From positions 1-24,504 of IMG/VR virus record IMGVR_UViG_3300032272_000071: DNA of 24,504 nucleotides; one strand, written 5' to 3'. This DNA comes from a virus (Duplodnaviria > Caudoviricetes). Shown one piece after another: positions 1 to 7,236 of the stretch; the first letter of the stretch is position 1, and each line of letters starts with the position of its first letter. A program made the position numbers and the translations under genes. The notes beneath the pieces were generated by a model. It had not been told where the DNA came from, did not search any database, and worked only from the letters and a program-made list of their open reading frames with translations.

Positions 1-10
1 TGGTTCTCAT
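1..10 (-). CDS. 5' end of a further pentapeptide-repeat paralog, running off the window
   Basis: Minus strand ATGAGAACCA (M-R-T) preceded by the same 48-bp spacer/RBS as the other array copies. Confidence 0.7.
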
Positions 11-58
11 AATAATACCTCGGTTAAAGAATGGTTGTTTGGTGGGCCGTATATATCC

Positions 59-616
59 TCAATTAGTTTGTACTAAGGTTGCATACGAAAGTATGGAATC
101 TTGCCACTTTGCCCACCAAGCTAATGCTTGACGGTCCATCATTCCGATCTCTTTCTCCGTGAATCTTTCCCATTCCTCTACAGTATGCCTCTCGCATCCT
201 ATGGCTAAGGATTCTGGGTACACGGTGATCTCCCAGGGATGACCGTATAGTCGGGATACATGAGTGTTTTCTAAGTCACTTCCTCCCAAGTTACTATAAC
301 CCAAGTTACTATTACTCAAGTTACTCCCACTTAAGTCACTCCATCTCAAGTCACTATTACTAAAGTTACTCCCACTCAAGTTACTATCACTCAAGGCACT
401 CAATCTCAAGTCACTCCCTCTCAAGTCACTATTACTCAAGTTACTTCCACTTAAGTCACTATCACTCAAGTTACTTCCACTTAAGTCACTATCACTCAAG
501 TCATTTCCTCTCAAGTCGTAGTTAATAAGAACAAGCCTTTCTCCTCCTTTATTGTTTAACCACAGCAAATGTTGATTAATGCTTTCTTTTAGTTCTTCTT
601 TGGATAGGGTTCTCAT
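59..616 (-). CDS. Pentapeptide-repeat protein (17 repeats) with conserved phage C-terminal IGCERH domain
   Basis: S-[DN]-L-[SR]-x repeats; C-terminal WEITVYPESLAIGCERH..EEW..F...I..MD..AL.WW; RBS GAGGT. Confidence 0.92.
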   Translation of the reverse strand: MRTLSKEELKESINQHLLWLNNKGGERLVLINYDLRGNDLSDSDLSGSNLSDSDLSGSNLSNSDLRGSDLRLSALSDSNLSGSNFSNSDLRWSDLSGSNLSNSNLGYSNLGGSDLENTHVSRLYGHPWEITVYPESLAIGCERHTVEEWERFTEKEIGMMDRQALAWWAKWQDSILSYATLVQTN

Positions 617-664
617 AGTAATACCTCGGTTAAAGAATGGTTGTTTGGTGGGCCGTATATATCC

Positions 665-1372
665 TCAATCAGTTTGTACTAAGGTTGCATACGAAAGTAT
701 GGAATCTTGCCACTTTGCCCACCAAGCTAATGCTTGACGGTCCATCATTCCGATCTCTTTTTCCGTGAATCCTTCCCACTCCTCTATGGTATGCCTTTCA
801 CATCCTATGGCTAAAGATTCTGGGTACACGGTGATCTCCCAGGGATGACCGTATAGTCGGGATACATGAGTGTTTTCTAAGTCACTTTCTCTCAAGTTAC
901 TATAACTCAAGTTACTATAACTCAAGTTACTCCCACTTAAGTCACTCCATCTCAAGTCACTATTACTAAAGTTACTCCCACTCAAGTTACTATAACTCAA
1001 GTCACTCCGTCTCAAGTTACTATAACCCAAGTCACTATTACTCAAGTTACTCCCACTTAAGTCACTCCATCTCAAGTCACTATTAATAAAGTTACTCCCA
1101 CTCAAGTTACTCCATCTCAAGTCACTCCGTCTCAAGTCACTATTACTCAAGTTACTTCCACTTAAGTCACTATCACTCAAGTCACTTCCTCTCAAGTCAC
1201 TCCCTCTCAAGTCACTATTACTCAAGTTACTTCCACTTAAGTTACTATCACTCAAGTCACTTCCTCTCAAGTCATAGTTAACAAGAACAAACCTTTTCCT
1301 TCCTTCATGATTTAACCACAGCAAATGTTGATTAATGCTTTCTTTTAGTTCTTCTTTGGATAGGGTTCTCAT
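665..1372 (-). CDS. Pentapeptide-repeat protein (27 repeats)
   Basis: Same architecture as 59-616; RBS GAGGT. Confidence 0.92.
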   Translation of the reverse strand: MRTLSKEELKESINQHLLWLNHEGRKRFVLVNYDLRGSDLSDSNLSGSNLSNSDLRGSDLRGSDLSDSDLSGSNLSNSDLRRSDLRWSNLSGSNFINSDLRWSDLSGSNLSNSDLGYSNLRRSDLSYSNLSGSNFSNSDLRWSDLSGSNLSYSNLSYSNLRESDLENTHVSRLYGHPWEITVYPESLAIGCERHTIEEWEGFTEKEIGMMDRQALAWWAKWQDSILSYATLVQTD

Positions 1373-1420
1373 AATAATACCTCGGTTAAAGAATGGTTGT
1401 TTGGTGGGCCGTATATATCC

Positions 1421-2008
1421 TCAATCAGTTTGTACTAAGGTTGCATACGAAAGTATGGAATCTTTCCAAATGCTCCACCATGGCAATGCTCCATTATCCA
1501 TCATGCCGATCTCTTTTTCCGTGAATCCTTCCCACTCCTCTATGGTATGCCTTTCGCGCCCTATGGCTAAGGATTCTGGGTATACGGTGATTTCCCAAGG
1601 ATGCCCATATATTCTGGATACATGAGTGTTTTCTAAGTTACATCTACACAAATCACTCTCACTCAAATCACTCCATCTCAAGTTACTCCCTCTCAAGTAA
1701 CTCCGTCTCAAGTTACTATTACTCAAGTTACTTCTTCTCAAATCACTCCGTCTCAAGTCACTATCACTCAAGTCACTCCGTCTCAAGTTACTCCCACTCA
1801 AGTCACTATCACTCAAATCACTATATCTCAAGTCACTCCGTTTCAAGTCACTGTCACTCAAGTCACTCCGTCTCAAGTTACTTCCACTCAATTTACTCCT
1901 TTTCAAGTCATAGTTAATAAGAATAAGCCTTTCCCCTCCTTCATGATTTAACCACAGCAAATGTTGATTAATGCTTTCTTTTAGTTCTTCTTTGGATAGG
2001 GTTCTCAT
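1421..2008 (-). CDS. Pentapeptide-repeat protein (19 repeats)
   Basis: Same architecture; GCERH changed to GRERH; RBS variant CCGATGTA. Confidence 0.9.
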   Translation of the reverse strand: MRTLSKEELKESINQHLLWLNHEGGERLILINYDLKRSKLSGSNLRRSDLSDSDLKRSDLRYSDLSDSDLSGSNLRRSDLSDSDLRRSDLRRSNLSNSNLRRSYLRGSNLRWSDLSESDLCRCNLENTHVSRIYGHPWEITVYPESLAIGRERHTIEEWEGFTEKEIGMMDNGALPWWSIWKDSILSYATLVQTD

Positions 2009-2038
2009 AATAATACATCGGTAAATGTATATATGTTA

Positions 2039-2242
2039 TTACGATACAATCGTAAAATTATTCGTATGATACATACTTTCTAACGTATGTAATCGTTTAC
2101 TTATAGTTGTAGTAGTTTGTCTCCTCGGTTTATTAGTAAACGAACATATAATCATATTACCATATTTTATATGTACGATACCTTTTGTACCTTTTTTAAG
2201 GAGTTGATTGTATATGGTTACTGGGGTTACTTGGTTATTCAT
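2039..2242 (-). CDS. Hypothetical protein, 67 aa
   Basis: ORF fills the gap between co-oriented genes; AAAGG upstream. Confidence 0.55.
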   Translation of the reverse strand: MNNQVTPVTIYNQLLKKGTKGIVHIKYGNMIICSFTNKPRRQTTTTISKRLHTLESMYHTNNFTIVS

Positions 2243-2266
2243 AGTAGTTTGCCTTTGCGCTAGGGG

Positions 2267-2701
2267 TTAGTTCTGTATTTTTTTGGCATAGGAAAGAATA
2301 GTATCTTTCCACTCCCTCCACCATGTCAACGCTCCCTCGTCCATTCCCTCTATCCGAGATTCCGGGAAATGGCTCCACTCTTCTATAGTATGCCTCTCAC
2401 ATCCTATCGCCAATGACTCAGGGTATACTGTTATCTCCCATGGATGTCCCTGTAGGCGGGATACATGAGTGTTTTCTAAGTTACTCCCCCTCAAGTCACT
2501 CTCTCTTAATTTACTCCCTCTTAATTTACTCCCCCTCAAGTTACTTCCACTCAATTTACTCCAACTCAAGTCACTCCCCCTCAAGTCACTACAACTCAAG
2601 TCATAATTAACAAGAACAAGTCTTTTCCCCCCGTTGTCGTTCAACCATAGCTGATGTTGGTGGATTCTTTCTTGGAGCGTTTCTTGTGAAATAGTTTTCA
2701 T
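2267..2701 (-). CDS. Pentapeptide-repeat protein (9 repeats)
   Basis: Diverged paralog with same N-cap, repeats and IGCERH domain; RBS ACCGAGGTG. Confidence 0.9.
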   Translation of the reverse strand: MKTISQETLQERIHQHQLWLNDNGGKRLVLVNYDLSCSDLRGSDLSWSKLSGSNLRGSKLRGSKLRESDLRGSNLENTHVSRLQGHPWEITVYPESLAIGCERHTIEEWSHFPESRIEGMDEGALTWWREWKDTILSYAKKIQN

Positions 2702-2892
2702 AATAACACCTCGGTGCTGGTCTGGGCTTGTTAATTAATACTACGAATATTATTTATTCGTATTGATATTGTACTTTGTACAAATACAATATATAATCAT
2801 TGGAATCTTTTATTATATTTTTGTTACGTATTTTGATTGTTTCTAATAAATGTCAAATCCTTCCCTGGATTTATTGCGGATAGCGGGGCTGT

Positions 2893-3651
2893 TTAGTGAA
2901 CGGCGGATTCCATCACTTGGTTATTGTTGGAAGTCTGCCCAACGATAACCAAATCCGTAGCTGGCTCGTCAAAGAACATAGGCGCATCCTCGCGGGATAA
3001 CTTGCCTGCTGCTGCATTCTTTTTTCCATCTATGATAAATTGTTTATATCCTTTTTCTTTCTTAACCTCTTTCCTATCTTTCTTAATCATAGCGAGGATT
3101 TCTTCATCGGTCAGTTCTTCTCCCGTCGCTGCCATATTCTTCTCAATCACGCGAGCGAGTTGTTTGGTGCTAACTGCCGGAATCTTAAACACCTTCAATT
3201 CGTCGGCCGCCATGTCATACCAAGGCGTACCACGAACCCGGTCCATCCACCCCTTGTTGTATTCAACTCTAGACTTCCTCGTGATTTTACCAGTAGGACG
3301 TTTAGTGTCCCTATCACGTTCTACATTAAACATCCCATACTTTTCCAACCACAACGGGATTGCTTCTCTTCGCAGGTTTTGACCGATTGCCATAGTGATG
3401 CCCAACATCTCCCGCACTCCCGCCAAACTTTCTGAAGTTTTTTCTTTGTCGCGTCCTACATCGGAACACGCCTTGAGTAAAATCAAATGCGTGTTATGGT
3501 CGGAATTTTGGGCCATCAAAATCGCTTGCGCATAGAGCAATCCATCGTCTGATACATAACCGATTCCGGCGTTTTTCAGCTGGGACCTAGTGCTGTCTTT
3601 CGACACCAAGTTGTTTATAATCTTTTCTAATTTTTTGGTCTCGTCAGTCAT
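2893..3651 (-). CDS. Conserved phage early hypothetical protein, 252 aa
   Basis: Long ORF with TAGGT RBS; motifs RREAIPLWLEKYG and TPWYD resemble, from memory, an uncharacterised early protein family of podophages. Confidence 0.8.
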   Translation of the reverse strand: MTDETKKLEKIINNLVSKDSTRSQLKNAGIGYVSDDGLLYAQAILMAQNSDHNTHLILLKACSDVGRDKEKTSESLAGVREMLGITMAIGQNLRREAIPLWLEKYGMFNVERDRDTKRPTGKITRKSRVEYNKGWMDRVRGTPWYDMAADELKVFKIPAVSTKQLARVIEKNMAATGEELTDEEILAMIKKDRKEVKKEKGYKQFIIDGKKNAAAGKLSREDAPMFFDEPATDLVIVGQTSNNNQVMESAVH

Positions 3652-3755
3652 AACAATACCTATTTAGGGTTGGGAATGTATAAAACTACTATTAACTATA
3701 CATATATGTAACTATATGTTACGTTATTACGTACAATTAATAGTGTAATTTACAC

Positions 3756-3965
3756 TCATAGGTTGAGGTTGTCATAATACCGAAACTGGGCATCGGTGCG
3801 GTAATATTTACGCTGATTAAGCATTTTTGTTATACTCAATCGACTTAATATATACCGATCAAGAGATGTTTTATCTTCACAGGACAAATAATTAGCAGCG
3901 ATTTCGGTTTTATCAACAAGATAATAACTTTCTGCAAGGCCTAAATGTACGTGTAGGGTACTCAT
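3756..3965 (-). CDS. Hypothetical protein, 69 aa
   Basis: Starts 3 nt after the stop of 3969-4202, co-oriented. Confidence 0.6.
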   Translation of the reverse strand: MSTLHVHLGLAESYYLVDKTEIAANYLSCEDKTSLDRYILSRLSITKMLNQRKYYRTDAQFRYYDNLNL

Positions 3966-3968
3966 GTA

Positions 3969-4202
3969 TTATCCCGAATTGTAATTAAAGTTTAGTTCGT
4001 CTTTGATTTTTATTCCGTCTCTTACAAATGTAGTTACCTCCCCGATAAAGAATTTATCGGCCAATTTATAATATTCTCCGGAAGAATCCAGACCTACAGA
4101 AGTTACTTCGACCTCACCTCCTTCCGGTGTTTTATAAAAAACAGTACCAAATTGATAAGCTGCTTGCGCGCTATAAAATCCATACTTAGTAGGTTGTTTC
4201 AT
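3969..4202 (-). CDS. Hypothetical protein, 77 aa
   Basis: RBS AGAGG upstream of ATG; protein-like composition. Confidence 0.75.
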   Translation of the reverse strand: MKQPTKYGFYSAQAAYQFGTVFYKTPEGGEVEVTSVGLDSSGEYYKLADKFFIGEVTTFVRDGIKIKDELNFNYNSG

Positions 4203-4300
4203 TGTGTTCGCCTCTTGTTTGGAAAATAATATATATTAAAATAATATATATCATTTGTGGTCTGCCGTCCGTGGCATATCATCTTTCTTTTCCAGCCGGC

Positions 4301-4834
4301 TTAGGGAGCGCATCTCACGGCGTGTGCACAGGAGAGTATAGCATCTTTCCAAATGCGCCACCAAATCAACGCTCCCTCGTCCATTTTGTCTATCCGCTCA
4401 TCTGAGAAACACTCCCATTCCTCAAGAGTGTGCCTCTCGCATCCTATCGCCAAAGACTCAGGGTACACGATTATTTCCCACGGCTGTCCTTGAATCCTGC
4501 ATGTTCGTGTATTATCTAATACACTTTCACGGAGATTACTCCAACTGAGATCACTACCACTGAGATTACTCCTACTGAGATCACTACCACTGAGATCACT
4601 CTCACGTAGATCACTCCTACTGAGATCACTCCAACTGAGATCACTACCACTGAGATCACTCTCACGTAGATCACTCCTACTGAGATCACTCCAACTGAGA
4701 TCACTCTCACGGAGATTACTCCCACGGAGATTGTAATCCACCAAGACAAGCCTTTCTCCGTCGGATGGGTTGGCAAGCCACGCCCTGTGAGATTCCACTT
4801 TCTCCGCTAATTCCTCTTTCGTAATGTTTTTCAT
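4301..4834 (-). CDS. Pentapeptide-repeat protein (15 repeats), most diverged paralog
   Basis: Same architecture; start moved to ATG 4834 (MKNITKEEL aligns with MRTLSKEEL; AGGTG 7 nt upstream). Confidence 0.9.
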   Translation of the reverse strand: MKNITKEELAEKVESHRAWLANPSDGERLVLVDYNLRGSNLRESDLSWSDLSRSDLRESDLSGSDLSWSDLSRSDLRESDLSGSDLSRSNLSGSDLSWSNLRESVLDNTRTCRIQGQPWEIIVYPESLAIGCERHTLEEWECFSDERIDKMDEGALIWWRIWKDAILSCAHAVRCAP

Positions 4835-5449
4835 GTTGATCACCTATATAGGTTAGTACCTGTGAGTCTTAGGGAGGGACATATGGACAGATCAAGTAAC
4901 CTCTTAAAAAAATAATATATATCATTACTAACAACTAATATATAATATATTACTAGTAATATACTAATATATTATATATCAATGATCAGTATGATATACA
5001 CTAGTGAGGCTATATTCCCGCACTCACAAGGTGTTGCCAAAGGGTTATTAGTGTATTCTATCGAATGTATGTTAAACGTAACGTTATATCACGTTATCAA
5101 ACGATAGGGTTATGGTTAAAACCCCCGCCCATCCAGTATTTATACGATAATAAACCATGATATGTATGATGGGCGAAATGTTTAACTCGCCTCAGGGCAT
5201 ACTATATTGATCTCTATATTAGAGTATAGTTATACTGTCCAGACTAGCATCCATGCCTGGCCTAGCTATGTTGGTGTTGCTAGCGGGTAGCGGCCGCTCG
5301 TTTGTCCATGCGGTTGGAGTGTAGTGCCGTTTACCACGCTACCAAAGTAGCGAAACAGTACACCAACCATGCCACGTCCAGGTGCCCCCTATGCACGAAC
5401 TAGGTGGGGTGTCAACCCTCCGCCGTTCGGCTTATCCTTCGATTTAGGT

Positions 5450-5478
5450 AGTCTAGCAAACCCGCCTCCCGTTGTCAA
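5450..5478 (-). promoter_or_regulatory. sigma70-type promoter for the leftward block
   Basis: TTGACA-17 bp-TAGACT with extended -10 TG. Confidence 0.8.
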
Positions 5479-5485
5479 CCCCTTT

Positions 5486-5501
5486 TGCAAATAAATTTGC
5501 A
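5486..5501. promoter_or_regulatory. Palindromic operator-like site
   Basis: TGCAAAT-AA-ATTTGCA just upstream of the -35 of the 5450-5478 promoter. Confidence 0.4.
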
Positions 5502-5541
5502 GGGCTGAGGGGGTGAGGGGTGTTTGACTAACCATGAGCAC

Positions 5542-5570
5542 AGTATATATAGCCCATCTACGTATGTCAA
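5542..5570 (-). promoter_or_regulatory. Second sigma70-type leftward promoter
   Basis: TTGACA-17 bp-TATACT with AT-rich upstream sequence. Confidence 0.82.
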
Positions 5571-5824
5571 GTGTTTTCGTACGATATTATCATAAATATA
5601 TAATGGTAATTTTGTTAACGTTATAAGTATAATATATGTATGTATGGGGTATATAAGGGTTTTTGTTTATGCTTGTAGTATCATATGGTGTTATTAGTAT
5701 CATACGTTGACATTAGAGATAGGATGCGATAGTCATAATCGATACTAATATTGTTATTAATTAATATTATTAATGTTGGTATTAATATTATATATTAATA
5801 ATATTATGTTGTTTAGATCAATCG

Positions 5825-5911
5825 AGCTCCCCCCAAGCTCCCCCCAAGCTCCCCCCAAGCTCCCCCCAAGCTCCCCCCAAGCTCCCCCCAAGCTCCCCCC
5901 AAGCTCCCCCC
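5825..5911. repeat. 11-bp tandem repeat (AGCTCCCCCCA) x8; G6 tracts on minus strand
   Basis: Eight C6 tracts at exact 11-bp period, followed by a degenerate unit to about 5930. Confidence 0.97.
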
Positions 5912-5952
5912 GGCCCTGCCCCACCAAGCTACTGTCATCGTCCGGCAGGCAG

Positions 5953-5977
5953 AAAAAAGCCGCTCTATTAAGCGGCT
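5953..5977 (-). terminator. Rho-independent terminator
   Basis: Minus strand AGCCGCT-TAATAG-AGCGGCT followed by a T run, downstream of 6069-6407. Confidence 0.85.
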
Positions 5978-6068
5978 GGGGAATTGTTCCGATACCGGTG
6001 CTAAAAGCCTATCATGTTATTTCTTAGCTCTTTACTCCACGGCATATATCGTACCGGCTAGAGGATTA

Positions 6069-6407
6069 TTATAACAAATCTTGATACTTGTTATGTAGTT
6101 GGTGGTGGATACAGTAAATCGTGTTACCGATCTTCCGCACCTTGTACCTAGATGCAGGAATTCCCCAGTATCTCGCATCGGTAGCGTGAATGGTATTCCG
6201 TTTGGTGATCCTCAGAGTGGTCAACTCTTCCCCGGCACGGGTGGGAGGTGTGCCATCAATCACAACCGCCCGCTTGCCTACAGTCCTCGCCCTACGTGCA
6301 GCAGGATCGCGAGGCTCGGCAAACCGCGCCGACTTGGGAGGCGCGGCCCGCCTAGCCCGCGCTTTCGTGTTTTGTACATTCTTGAATACCTGATTAAATG
6401 TGGTCAT
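6069..6407 (-). CDS. Basic Arg/Ala-rich hypothetical protein, 112 aa
   Basis: Start moved to ATG 6407 (GAGGT RBS upstream); has its own promoter and terminator. Confidence 0.72.
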   Translation of the reverse strand: MTTFNQVFKNVQNTKARARRAAPPKSARFAEPRDPAARRARTVGKRAVVIDGTPPTRAGEELTTLRITKRNTIHATDARYWGIPASRYKVRKIGNTIYCIHHQLHNKYQDLL

Positions 6408-6452
6408 ATCAATTAACCTCGCAACATAACAGAAGGAATGAACAGAGTGCAT

Positions 6453-6482
6453 ACTCTAGTACAAGCGAGAGTAACGTGTCAA
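6453..6482 (-). promoter_or_regulatory. sigma70-type promoter for 6069-6407
   Basis: TTGACA-18 bp-TAGAGT. Confidence 0.6.
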
Positions 6483-6860
6483 CCCTAAATGATTTATGGT
6501 AGTCATCAACGATACTGATACCGATACCGATACTGCCTTGCCTAGCTACTCCCAAGGGGTGGATATAAGGGTAGACGCTAAGAGAAAGGAGTATATACAC
6601 GTATTGGTATTGTATAAGTATTGTATAAGTATTAATGTAACGAGAATCATTATTGTTTAGATTAAGATATGAGTATGTATCGATTACATGGGTACATTAT
6701 ATTGTTTTGTTTGGTTATAACACAACACTTTAACGTAATATTGTGGTATATAAACAACATAATTATATGATAATTTAATTAAAATATGGTCCCATACTAT
6801 TAAATATCGTTATCAATGTTTAATTAGGGGGTATCGTGTATATGTTCTATATAGATATAA

Positions 6861-7017
6861 TAACCTATACAGATATATTACTTATTTTTGTTAACCTATA
6901 TAGTTATATTAACTATATAAATAAGCTGGAGATACGATTATAATAACCTATATAGTTACGATAGTAAAACATAATAACCTATATAAACATAAATATAAAT
7001 ATATAATAGCCTATATA
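6861..7017. repeat. Cluster of TAACCTATA(TAG) motifs, iteron/operator-like
   Basis: Copies starting at 6861, 6892, 6944, 6975 and variant TAGCCTATATA at 7007 in very AT-rich DNA. Confidence 0.7.
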
Positions 7018-7202
7018 AATAGTATAAAATATATTTACATGGACACACTATAAGCGATACCGAATAATATTATATTTATTGGACCCATGCCTGTACAACA
7101 AGGTGTACAACTCTTGTATAACTAATTATGTATAAATATATGGAAATATATCTAATAATTTAAATTATTTTAAAATAAATGTAAAAATAATGAAAAAAAG
7201 AC

Positions 7203-7230
7203 TTGACAAATGAGAAAAGTGTGGTATAAT
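7203..7230 (+). promoter_or_regulatory. Consensus sigma70/sigmaA promoter
   Basis: TTGACA-16 bp-TATAAT with extended TG and A-rich UP element. Confidence 0.9.
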
Positions 7231-7236
7231 CCCCCC

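Larger units (their letters stand above)
1..2022 (-). repeat. Head-to-tail tandem array of gene-plus-spacer units
   Basis: 48-bp spacer at 11-58, 617-664 (one substitution) and 1373-1420, containing RBS ACCGAGGT; flanking coding ends near-identical; homology ends at about 2022. Confidence 0.95.

Noticed and set aside
11-1420. 48-bp repeats as a CRISPR array or integron attC sites
   Set aside because: The intervening sequences are whole paralogous genes of 558-708 bp; the repeat is non-palindromic and is just the duplicated intergenic/RBS; no cas or integrase gene
4516-4776. Alternative-frame VISVG-repeat ORF (and the similar 2413-2610 ORF)
   Set aside because: Shadow frames of the 15-bp periodic pentapeptide DNA
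59-4834. Diversity-generating retroelement acting on the paralogs
   Set aside because: No reverse transcriptase in the window, and the differences are repeat-number changes and mixed substitutions, not adenine-specific
5387-5415. Additional TTGACA hexamers (5410-15 minus; also 2851-56 minus and 5707-12 plus)
   Set aside because: No acceptable -10 at 16-18 bp spacing
5773-6027. 84-aa Pro-rich + strand ORF
   Set aside because: Artefact of the 11-bp repeat; no RBS; crosses the terminator
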